Source of the DNA: an uncultured Actinomycetota bacterium
Lineage (GTDB): Bacteria; Actinomycetota; Actinomycetes; JAHEKZ01
Assembly (NCBI GenBank): GCA_963829525.1
Contig: CAWHIJ010000003.1
Span: 2,048,001-2,112,000 of the forward strand
Direction: 5' to 3'
DNA length: 64,000 bases
Positions 31,721-40,568 of the stretch are shown here, piece by piece. The stretch's first letter is position 1. Every line of letters begins with the position of its first letter. The notes under the pieces are model-generated. The model ran no database searches, was not told the origin of the DNA, and saw only the letters and a list, made by a program, of their open reading frames with translations. A program made the translations under genes and the position numbers.

Positions 31721-32665
31721 ATGACAACACAGCACACGGGCGACCTCGTACCCGATGACCTGATGCTCACCGACGGCGGCCTCGAGACGGTCCTGGTCTT
31801 CGAAGACGGGATGGACCTCCCCGCCTTTGCCGCATTTCCCCTTCTCGACACCGATACCGGCAAGGATCGACTCCGCCGGTACTACCGTGACTACATGGTG
31901 CTGGCTGCCGAGGCCGACGCCGGGTACGTCCTGGAGACCCCCACCTGGCGTGCGAACCCCGACTGGGGCGCTCAGCTGGACTACTCGCGCAACGACCTGC
32001 GCCGCATCGCACACGACGCCGTGGAACTCGGCGGTGGGCTGCGGGAGACGTGGGACGGAGCTGGACGCTTCCTGATCAGCGGATGTATTGGCCCGCGAGG
32101 TGACGGCTACATCCCTGGCCAGACGATGTCTGGCACAGAGGCTGCCGAGTACCACCGGCAACAGGTCGGCGACCTCGCTGACGCAGGCGCTGACCTGGTG
32201 AGTGCGTTGACGCTTTCCTACGTCGAGGAGGGGGTAGGCGTGGCAGCGGCGGCCGCCGAGCGCGGCATACCCTCGGTGATCGGCTTCACTGTGGAAACGG
32301 ATGGGCGCCTGCCGTCGGGTCCCTCGCTTGGCGAGGCGATCGAACAGGTCGACGCCGCGACTGGCTCGGCTCCCGCGTGGTTCCTGGTCAACTGCGCCCA
32401 TCCGGACCACGTTCTTCCAGGGCTACCCGAGCAGGACGAACCATGGCTGTCACGGATCGGCGCCTACCGAGCCAACGCGTCCCGCATGAGCCACGCCGAG
32501 CTCGATGAGATGGAGGTGCTGGACGACGGTGACCCCACCGATCTCGCTGGAGGCTACCTAGCGCTGCGATGCCGAGTACCGGGGATACGCGTGATCGGCG
32601 GGTGCTGCGGCACCGATGTACGGCACGTGGCGGCAGCATCGAAGGCCTGGCAATCGAGTTCCTGA
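31721..32665 (+). CDS. Homocysteine S-methyltransferase family protein
   Basis: LTDGGLET, IGPRGDGY, VNCAHP and GGCCGT zinc motifs. Confidence 0.92.
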   Translation: MTTQHTGDLVPDDLMLTDGGLETVLVFEDGMDLPAFAAFPLLDTDTGKDRLRRYYRDYMVLAAEADAGYVLETPTWRANPDWGAQLDYSRNDLRRIAHDAVELGGGLRETWDGAGRFLISGCIGPRGDGYIPGQTMSGTEAAEYHRQQVGDLADAGADLVSALTLSYVEEGVGVAAAAAERGIPSVIGFTVETDGRLPSGPSLGEAIEQVDAATGSAPAWFLVNCAHPDHVLPGLPEQDEPWLSRIGAYRANASRMSHAELDEMEVLDDGDPTDLAGGYLALRCRVPGIRVIGGCCGTDVRHVAAASKAWQSSS

Positions 32666-32796
32666 CCATATCGCCCTCGTTCGTAACGGTCCCGGAACGC
32701 TTGCAGCGAAGAATCACAGCGGCTCCAGAAGTCACCTGAATGAGTCGGTGGTTCTGCTGACGTCAGGGACGCAAACGCACAACGAAGGGACCGGTT

Positions 32797-33636
32797 GTGA
32801 AGCTCCATACGAAGGTTTCTGTTCTCATGGTGGCCGCGTCGATCGCTGCGGCGGGCCTGGCCATCGCCCCCGGCACTGCAGCATCCGGAGCAAGTGACGC
32901 ACTCGCACGACCGGGAGCCCCCGGCCAACCCAAATTGGTCAAGATCCGAAGCAACGACAAGAGGGTGACGGTCAGCGATGCACACTTCCGCCCAGGTGTG
33001 ACCGAGTTCCGAGTACGGCATACCACCCATCGCAAGACTTCAATCACCATCTTCGAGACCAAGAAGCTCGACCGCCTCTTCAAGAAGTTCGGTGAGGCTG
33101 GGCAGAGCGCCGACGCCATGAAGACAGTCGACCGCATCGCGACGTTCTACGGCGGTGGTGGTGAGGGGACCCGTTGGCAGGTCAGACTGAGCGAAGGCTC
33201 CTATTATGTGATCGGCGACAAACAGAATCTGACCACCATCAAGGTCAGCGGCGAGCGACGCAACGCCAAGATGGCCAAGGCCGATAGCGAGATCTGGACC
33301 ACCAAGGACAACCAGTTCAAGACCTCCGACAAGCTCAGTGGCAAGTGGGTCAGCTTCACCAACCACTCACGGGAGATCCACTTCGCGGAAGGCGACCACG
33401 TGGCGGCCGACACCAGCGCCAAGGACGTTCAGCAGGGGCTGAACTCTCCGAACGAACCTACCTGGATCCGAAAGGGCGGATTTCACTTTGACATCCAGTC
33501 GCCCGGAATCAAGACCGTTCACCGGCAGAACATCGAGGGCTACAAGTACCTGCTGATGTGCTGGATGCCAAGCGAGGAACAGGACGGCGTTCCGCACGCC
33601 ATGATGGGGATGTGGCACCTGGTCTGGGGGAGCTAA
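32797..33636 (+). CDS. Secreted cupredoxin-like protein with a putative type-1 copper site
   Basis: Signal peptide; N..REIHF plus Y.LMC-x11-H-x4-M at the C terminus. Confidence 0.7.
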   Translation: MKLHTKVSVLMVAASIAAAGLAIAPGTAASGASDALARPGAPGQPKLVKIRSNDKRVTVSDAHFRPGVTEFRVRHTTHRKTSITIFETKKLDRLFKKFGEAGQSADAMKTVDRIATFYGGGGEGTRWQVRLSEGSYYVIGDKQNLTTIKVSGERRNAKMAKADSEIWTTKDNQFKTSDKLSGKWVSFTNHSREIHFAEGDHVAADTSAKDVQQGLNSPNEPTWIRKGGFHFDIQSPGIKTVHRQNIEGYKYLLMCWMPSEEQDGVPHAMMGMWHLVWGS

Positions 33637-33641
33637 ATCCC

Positions 33642-35147
33642 ATGCGTCGACCTGATGGTCTGTCGATAGCGGTGAGCGCACTTGCGCTTACCGCCATCGC
33701 GGTCGTCTTGGCCCCCTCCGCATCCTCCGCTGGACCGTGCAGCAGAATTCAGAACGACAAGATGAGGCAGAAATGCCTCGATAGCCTGATGCCCGAGATG
33801 TACTCGATCCACGAGATGGGCACTCCTGTCTACGGCGGTGGAAGCCGTCACTACAACGGGACCATCCGTAGCGTGGCTCGACTTCGTGGCCCCGATGGCC
33901 CGGCCGACGTGTCTTACACGCTCGAGACCGCGTTCGAGCGAGCGAAGGTCGCGGGACGTCGACAGCTGGTCTACACGATCAACGGCAAGAGCCCAGGGCC
34001 GACTGTCTACGCCGAGCAGGGCGACGTGGTGAAGGTGACCCTGAAGAACCGCAACATCGCGGCCGGCACGAGCCTTCACTGGCACGGCATCGACGTGCCC
34101 AACGGCGAAGATGGCGTTGCCGGGGTCACTCAGAACGCTGTGCTGCCAGGTGACCGGTTCGTGTACCGCTTCCGCGCCCGCGATGCGGGGACGTACTGGT
34201 ACCACTCGCACCAGTACTCCGAGCGCCAGGTGACCCAGGGCCTGATTGGGGCGGTCGTCATCACCCCGCGGGGTGCGCCGACCCCACCGGATGCAGCCCG
34301 CGACGTGCCAGCCGTCGTGCACAGCTACCGCGGACGCAACACGATCAACGGCCGCACCGGAACCTGGGCCGTTAGCGGAAACGTCGGCGATCGTCGGATT
34401 CGATTCGTGAACACCAACCAGACGGTCATGCGGGTGGCATCAAGCGCTCCCTACAAGGTCGTAGCCATCGACGGCGTGAACGTCAACGGACCAACCACAG
34501 TCGGCGCTGGCACGTCGGTGGAGGTGCCAGCTGCGGGGCGGGTAGACATCGTGCTCGATGGCAGCGCAAGCTCTGCGCGGGTCGGTGTGCTGAACGGCCC
34601 TAGCCTCGTATTCGGAGGCGGCTCCCCCCCGGCCCTCTCAGCGAGCCAGAGCCTCGACTTACTGGAGTACGGCGCGCCGGACCCCTCGGTGAGCACTCCC
34701 ACTCCCGATCGTCGTTTCGACTACGTCCTTGGCCAGAAAGCCGGGTACCTCGATGGAAGGTACGGCACGTGGTTCAGCATCAATGGGGCGCTCATCCCTC
34801 ACGTGCCCATGTTCATGGTGAAGCCAGACGAGACGGTGCGGGTGCGCTTCAAGAACAACACCTCGATTGATCACCCCATGCACCTACACGGCCAACACAT
34901 GCTGGTGCTCAACCGCAACGGAGCGCCATCAACGGGGTCGCCGTGGTGGGTCGACACCCTCGAGATCCATCCCGGCGAGGAGTTCACCGTTCAGGTGACC
35001 ACCGATAACCCCGGCGACTGGATGTTCCACTGCCACATCCTTTCGCACGCGTCGGCCGGGCTTATGACGCATATGTCCTACCTGAATGTGCGCAATCCAT
35101 TCCGCATCGGTGTGATCACCCGGAATCTCACCAACCATCCGGAGTAG
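33642..35147 (+). CDS. Secreted multicopper oxidase
   Basis: Signal peptide; HWHG, WYHSH, HPMHLHG and HCHILSH motifs. Confidence 0.93.
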   Translation: MRRPDGLSIAVSALALTAIAVVLAPSASSAGPCSRIQNDKMRQKCLDSLMPEMYSIHEMGTPVYGGGSRHYNGTIRSVARLRGPDGPADVSYTLETAFERAKVAGRRQLVYTINGKSPGPTVYAEQGDVVKVTLKNRNIAAGTSLHWHGIDVPNGEDGVAGVTQNAVLPGDRFVYRFRARDAGTYWYHSHQYSERQVTQGLIGAVVITPRGAPTPPDAARDVPAVVHSYRGRNTINGRTGTWAVSGNVGDRRIRFVNTNQTVMRVASSAPYKVVAIDGVNVNGPTTVGAGTSVEVPAAGRVDIVLDGSASSARVGVLNGPSLVFGGGSPPALSASQSLDLLEYGAPDPSVSTPTPDRRFDYVLGQKAGYLDGRYGTWFSINGALIPHVPMFMVKPDETVRVRFKNNTSIDHPMHLHGQHMLVLNRNGAPSTGSPWWVDTLEIHPGEEFTVQVTTDNPGDWMFHCHILSHASAGLMTHMSYLNVRNPFRIGVITRNLTNHPE

Positions 35148-35177
35148 GCGGCCCTCGAGCAGGGACCGATCTCACGA

Positions 35178-36785
35178 CTACGCAGAAACCGCCTCAGGCT
35201 CTGGCTCCTTGCGACCAGGGAGTGCTTCATGGGGCAAATCCCGGGTGAACGGCAGACTCAAGAGCGCGAGGAGTGCGGCGGCCAGCAGCCCAGTCTTGAG
35301 CGCTTGGATCTGCGCCTGTGAGTAGTCGTCGACGATGGCTGACGCAGTCGCCTCGTCCACACCTGCGTCGTCGACCGCCGTCTGCACCTCGTCGACCGTC
35401 AAGAAGTCGATCCCGGTACCTGCCGCCACCCCCACCTGTGCAGAAACGTCAGCACCAATGCGTTGGTCAGTTGACACGTTAGTCACGAAGGCACTCGTCA
35501 ATCCGGAAAGCACGATCGCCCCGATGAGGGCGACACCGAGCGATGACCCGAGTTGCTGGCCGGTGTATTGCAGACCACCCGCCTCCGCCCGGCCGGACGC
35601 GTCAACGGAGGACTGCACCACGTTGCCGAGTTGAGAGGCAAGCAAGCCCATCCCAACTCCCAGCAAGCCCATCGCCCAGGCGAATGATGACTCGTCCAGT
35701 TCCACATTGACCGTGCTCATCAGAATCACCGCGGCCAACATGGTGAGGGTGAGGCCAGTGCGGACGATGCCTCGCACCGTGAACCGAGTCGACAGCCGCG
35801 AACCGACAACCGAAGCAACGAGCATGGCAACCGAAACGGGCAGCATCTTGATCCCGGTGTCCAACGCGTCAAGGCCGAGGACGACCTGCAGATAGAGGGG
35901 GACCACGAAGAAGACGCCCATCAGGATGAGGTTCTGTGACAGGAGCCCAACGAGGCCAGACTTAAGCGGCGCGATCTTGAGGAGATCGAGGTGGACCAGC
36001 GGGTCGTTGTCAGTCGCCTCGCGATGCCGCTGCCACCGTACGAACGCCCAGGCGAGAAGTGCGCCTCCCGCGATCACGAAGAGCGTGAGAGAGAACCCAA
36101 AGGGTTCGATCGGCGAGTCCTTCGGCTCGATCCACCCCCAGGTGCTCGACTGAAGCGTCCCCAGCACGATGGCGCCCAGTGCTGAGGCCGACAGCACCGT
36201 ACCCACAAAGTCCAGCGACAACTTCGGCCCTTCGCGCAGCGCATCCCCGACCTTGGACGTCATGACGAGGATGAAGATCACCAGGACAACCTCACCGGCA
36301 AACACCACTCGCCAACTGAGCTCTGTGGTGGCCCAGCCACCCAGGATCGGCCCGATAGCGATACCCGCTCCTGCCACACCGCCGATCACGGCGTACGCCG
36401 CCTTGCGGTGCTGCCCCTCAAAGTTTCCGGCGATCAAGGCGGCCATCGCCGGAAGCACCATCGCTGCCCCGAGGCCTTCCAGCACTGACCATCCAAGAGT
36501 CAAGACAGCCACGGACTGTGAAACTGCGGTAAGGGCCGAACCGAACCCATAGATGATCAGGCCAACGACAAAGGCTCGGCGGCGGCCGATGATGTCGCCA
36601 ATCTTGGCGCCGGTGAGCATGAACATGGCCATCACCAGGCAGTAGAAGGTGATGACTGCCTGAATCGTTGTCACGGTGGTGTCGAACTCGGCGACAAGCG
36701 TGCTGATCGAGACGTTCATCACCGACTGGTCGAGGACCATGATGAACTGCGCCGTTGCAAGCGCAACGAGAGCCGACCACTTCAT
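35178..36785 (-). CDS. MFS transporter (14-TM, DHA2-like)
   Basis: QFIMVLDQSVMNV, GDIIGRRR and GPILGG motifs. Confidence 0.92.
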   Translation of the reverse strand: MKWSALVALATAQFIMVLDQSVMNVSISTLVAEFDTTVTTIQAVITFYCLVMAMFMLTGAKIGDIIGRRRAFVVGLIIYGFGSALTAVSQSVAVLTLGWSVLEGLGAAMVLPAMAALIAGNFEGQHRKAAYAVIGGVAGAGIAIGPILGGWATTELSWRVVFAGEVVLVIFILVMTSKVGDALREGPKLSLDFVGTVLSASALGAIVLGTLQSSTWGWIEPKDSPIEPFGFSLTLFVIAGGALLAWAFVRWQRHREATDNDPLVHLDLLKIAPLKSGLVGLLSQNLILMGVFFVVPLYLQVVLGLDALDTGIKMLPVSVAMLVASVVGSRLSTRFTVRGIVRTGLTLTMLAAVILMSTVNVELDESSFAWAMGLLGVGMGLLASQLGNVVQSSVDASGRAEAGGLQYTGQQLGSSLGVALIGAIVLSGLTSAFVTNVSTDQRIGADVSAQVGVAAGTGIDFLTVDEVQTAVDDAGVDEATASAIVDDYSQAQIQALKTGLLAAALLALLSLPFTRDLPHEALPGRKEPEPEAVSA

Positions 36786-36970
36786 CGAGGTGAACTCTCG
36801 ACCAGAGCCTTGAGCTGACCTAGCCCCTTCTCGAAGTCCGGCCCGATCAGCGCGTCCATCGACTTGAAGATGCCCATGACGCGCCGAAAGTCGACGACGA
36901 GGGCGTAGATCTCTGCTGGCGCCGAGTCGATCGGGATTGACCGCTCCACGGTGTAGGTGTCATTGGACAT
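36782..36970 (-). pseudogene. SRPBCC/polyketide-cyclase-family gene with a large in-frame internal deletion
   Basis: 62 aa: N-terminal YTVERSI.ID..PAEIYALVVDF joined directly to the C-terminal helix SMDALIGPDFEKGL..LK. Confidence 0.7.
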
Positions 36971-37098
36971 ATCGGGGAGCGTAGTAACCATGACGCCATC
37001 CGTCGACAACCACCAATCGTACCTTGCCGGATTTCCTGAACGGCTTGTCAGGTCCACCGGCAGGGATGAGACTGGTCCTAAGCACCGAGGAGCCGCAG

Positions 37099-38268
37099 AT
37101 GACCCAGCAGCAGACTCCGATCCGGCCCGTCCAGACGCTGTCCTTAGCCGACCGTTACCTGGCGTTGGTGACGCCGGAACGCGAGTCGAAGTTCCACTAC
37201 CTCTGGCTGCGAGACAACTGTTGGTGTGACGCGTGTCGGGTTGCTCAGTCAGCTGAACGCCGTATCTACACCGCCGATATTCCTGCGAACATCGCGCCCA
37301 CGGACGCACATCTGGACGACGACACAGCCACGCTTCAGTTGCGCTGGAACGACGGCCACACCTCCAGCTTCAGCCTCGCTTGGCTGGAGTCCAACGACTA
37401 CTCCAACGGAGCGGCTGAACCGTCGCCAAAGGTGACGCTCTGGACCTCCAGTCTCGACGCTCCCCCGAGGTTCGAGCACAGCGAGGTCGTCGGGCAGCCA
37501 GACGTTCAGCTGGCCTACCTCGATGCCATCCGAGAGCACGGAGCGGCCATTGTTTCCCACACGCCGTCGCTAGACGGCGAAGTTGCCCGTTTCGCCGAAG
37601 TCGTTGGTCATGTACGCGAGACCGCGTTCGAGCGCGTCCACAATGTGCGCCACGACCCGCAGGGTTACAACGTTGCCCACACGCCGCTCGAGCTCAAGCC
37701 ACACACCGACCTGCCCAGCTATCACTGGCCGCCGAGTATTCAGCTGTTGCACTTCCTCGTGAATGAGTCCAGCGGTGGGGAGAGCACCCTGGTCGACGGT
37801 TGGGCGGTGCTGGCTGATCTCCGTAGTGAGAATCCAGCCGCGTTTGAGACCCTGTGCCGTGTCCCCGTCACCTTCCAGCTCTTTAGCGAGGATGAGGACA
37901 CCCGGGCCACCGCTCCCCTCGTCCAGCTCGATGCTTCCGGGCGGGTTCAGACCTTGAGATTCTCCAACCAGCTGGCATTACCGCTGCATGCACCCTTCGA
38001 CGATGTCGGGGAGTTCTACGACGCCTACCGACTGCTCGGCCAGATGATCGACAGTGATCACTACAAGATCGTCTTCAAGTGTCATTCAGGTGACCTCCTG
38101 ACCGTCCATTCGCACCGAGTGCTGCACGGACGTAAAGCCTTTGACCCAGAGAGCGGCGCGCGTCACCTGCAGGATGTCTACATGGAGTACGACGACCTGA
38201 TGGACCGACACAATGTCCTGAGTGGAACCCACAAACCAATGCCATCGACCGGAGTTGACCTAAAATGA
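37099..38268 (+). CDS. Fe(II)/2-oxoglutarate dioxygenase, gamma-butyrobetaine hydroxylase (BBOX/TMLD/TmpA)-like
   Basis: N-terminal zinc domain WLRDNCWCDAC...W.DGH; HTD and RVLHGR iron/2OG motifs; GAGGAG RBS. Confidence 0.9.
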   Translation: MTQQQTPIRPVQTLSLADRYLALVTPERESKFHYLWLRDNCWCDACRVAQSAERRIYTADIPANIAPTDAHLDDDTATLQLRWNDGHTSSFSLAWLESNDYSNGAAEPSPKVTLWTSSLDAPPRFEHSEVVGQPDVQLAYLDAIREHGAAIVSHTPSLDGEVARFAEVVGHVRETAFERVHNVRHDPQGYNVAHTPLELKPHTDLPSYHWPPSIQLLHFLVNESSGGESTLVDGWAVLADLRSENPAAFETLCRVPVTFQLFSEDEDTRATAPLVQLDASGRVQTLRFSNQLALPLHAPFDDVGEFYDAYRLLGQMIDSDHYKIVFKCHSGDLLTVHSHRVLHGRKAFDPESGARHLQDVYMEYDDLMDRHNVLSGTHKPMPSTGVDLK

Positions 38269-38837
38269 CCTCGACGTCGCACACTGTCTCGTTCACGGCG
38301 ATGGAGCATGGGACCCGTGAAGACTACGAGTTCCTAACCTCACTCGAGGAAGGCGAGATGCAGGGCTTCGCTGACCGCGTTCTCGGATGGCTGCAGACCA
38401 TGGACGACTCGGTCGGCTATCAGATTTCACGCCTGGATCACTCGCTTCAAGCCGCGACGCGCGCTCACCGATCGGGCGAAGACGAGGAGACCGTAGTTTG
38501 CGTTCTGCTTCACGATATTGGCGACTACCTGGCTCCCGCCAATCACTCGGAGGTAGCTGCGGCCGTCTTGCGTCCATATGTGAGCGAGAAGAACTACTGG
38601 ATCGTCAAGCATCACGGTCTGTTCCAAGGTGTGTACTACTTCCACTTCGTCGGCGCAGATCCCAACGCGCGCGATCGCTTCAAGGACCACCCCTATTACC
38701 AGGCAACCATCGACTTCTGCGCCAACTACGACCAGAACTCGTTTGATCCCGCTTACGACTCGGAGCCACTGGAGTTCTTCGAGCCCATGGTCCGCCGCGT
38801 TCTCGCCAAGCCTGTCAACTTCGAGAGCGACACGTAG
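38265..38837 (+). CDS. HD-domain protein (PhnZ/TmpB-like diiron motif set)
   Basis: DHSLQAATRA, LLHDIGD, NH, HH and D motifs; ATGA overlap with the dioxygenase. Confidence 0.85.
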   Translation: MTSTSHTVSFTAMEHGTREDYEFLTSLEEGEMQGFADRVLGWLQTMDDSVGYQISRLDHSLQAATRAHRSGEDEETVVCVLLHDIGDYLAPANHSEVAAAVLRPYVSEKNYWIVKHHGLFQGVYYFHFVGADPNARDRFKDHPYYQATIDFCANYDQNSFDPAYDSEPLEFFEPMVRRVLAKPVNFESDT

Positions 38838-38946
38838 TTGCGAAGACCCTCCCCGGCTGCGGCAACCAGGGGCCAGGATTGCTGTCAGACTACTGCTGAG
38901 GTGGCGGCACCAGTGTTCTTGTGGCCATGGAGAGTGGAGGAACAGC

Positions 38947-39375
38947 ATGCCGCAGACAACAGGCAGCGAGCTTGAGTCAGTGTCCCTGTTTTCGGGGCTG
39001 AATGCGCACGAGCTCGACGTCATCGCCGGACTGCTCACCATCGAGTCCTACGCGAACGGTCTGAGCATCGTTCGCGAGGGCGAAGTCGGGTATGTCTTCT
39101 ACGTCATCAAGAAGGGTCGTGCAGAGGCTTCCCACGAGGGCACGTTACTGCGGGAGCTCGGAGAAGGAGACTTCTTCGGCGAGATCGCGATTGATGGTGA
39201 CGGCAAGAGATCAACCACGGTGACCGCTCGCGGTGACCTTGAGGTCTGGGCCATGTTCGGCACAACCCTCGGCCAGCTCGAGCGCGAACATCCCGAGATC
39301 GCCTCAGCCCTCGGAGACACCGTGCGCGAGCGCCTGGCGGCTGACCGCGCTCAACATCCCCACCGACCGGATTGA
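38947..39375 (+). CDS. Stand-alone cyclic-nucleotide-binding domain protein
   Basis: LFSGL, IVREGE, GDFFGEIA...RSTTVTA motifs; GGAGG RBS. Confidence 0.88.
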   Translation: MPQTTGSELESVSLFSGLNAHELDVIAGLLTIESYANGLSIVREGEVGYVFYVIKKGRAEASHEGTLLRELGEGDFFGEIAIDGDGKRSTTVTARGDLEVWAMFGTTLGQLEREHPEIASALGDTVRERLAADRAQHPHRPD

Positions 39376-39455
39376 CTCCATGAGCTCATCGCTCGGCGTT
39401 ACTTCGTCATCGAGCTCGCCTTGGCCAGGGCTTTGCCTACCGGCTGGACCTAATC

Positions 39456-40412
39456 TCAGTGGCAACTTCCTTGAGCATCGTCGATGTACCGCGGCTGGCC
39501 GTCCGCAGACACCCAGCTTGACTCCCAGCGGCCGTCAAACAGGCGGAGCTCCACAAAGCCGAACGCCTTGCCCTGGCCGCGGACGAACGTTTCCGGCTGA
39601 GTGTGGAAGTTTCCGAAACCGTTGAGGTTGCGCCCGCCAGCCCCAGAAACGAACTGTGTGATCCCTCGGTCCGGGTCATACCTTCCGCTGGGATCGGTCG
39701 GCATCCACCGTGAGTAGTTGTGATTGTGACCCGCGAGGAGGATGTCCACCCCTTGGCGATAGGCCAGCCGGTAGAGAGGAGCCGTGCGGAGTAGCTCGTA
39801 GCTTTGGGTCCAATCCGCTTTCTGGTACTTCAGCCAGTCCCATCGGGGGTGGTGCCAGACCGCGATCGTGCACCGAGAGTCGCTCTGTTCCAGGTCCGCT
39901 TTCATCCATTCGTACTGCTCCGACCCAGGTTGGCATTCGACTCCCCCGGCGCCGCAGAGGGTGGAGTCCAGGGTGACGACATGCCAGCTGCTGCCCAGGT
40001 CATATGAGTACCAAGGGCCAGGCGCACGATTTCCGAAGTACCTGAAGTAGCCGTTCGCCCCTTCTGTTCCCCAGTCGTGGTTTCCGGCACTGGGAGCGGT
40101 GATGGGCAGGAGCTCCCCCCAGTACACGTCATAGTTGTCGACGAAGTTGCGGTACTCCCCGTACTCGTACTGAACGTCGCCCAGTAAAAGCAACTTGTCG
40201 TACGCCCCATTCAAAATCGACTTTGCGACGTCGTCGTACTGGCACACGCTGCGGTTGTTGCCTGGGGGGTTCTTACAGGCGATGTCGCCAACGGCGGCCA
40301 CTCGGACTGGCACAGGGCTGGGCGATGGCGCACTTCCCCCGGCGACAGGTGCGAAGACAAGAAAGACAGTGGCCGTCGCCACCAGAGCCGTGATGATCGA
40401 ACGCTTCACCAT
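39456..40412 (-). CDS. Secreted metallophosphoesterase (purple acid phosphatase-like)
   Basis: Signal peptide; VGDIA, GDVQY, GNHD, WHHP and GHNHNY motifs. Confidence 0.9.
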   Translation of the reverse strand: MVKRSIITALVATATVFLVFAPVAGGSAPSPSPVPVRVAAVGDIACKNPPGNNRSVCQYDDVAKSILNGAYDKLLLLGDVQYEYGEYRNFVDNYDVYWGELLPITAPSAGNHDWGTEGANGYFRYFGNRAPGPWYSYDLGSSWHVVTLDSTLCGAGGVECQPGSEQYEWMKADLEQSDSRCTIAVWHHPRWDWLKYQKADWTQSYELLRTAPLYRLAYRQGVDILLAGHNHNYSRWMPTDPSGRYDPDRGITQFVSGAGGRNLNGFGNFHTQPETFVRGQGKAFGFVELRLFDGRWESSWVSADGQPRYIDDAQGSCH

Positions 40413-40568
40413 GACCGCGAGGCTAGGTCTGCGCGCAGGGAAAGCGCAACGACTTCGGCGCGCGTATTGAGTCAGCCTGGCCGCCGCCCTTGAGGCGGTC
40501 GGCGCCGCTGCCGGTGCAGTTCGCCTGACTAACGGGCACTGTCCGGTGCGGGCTCCGCGCCGTTCAGG

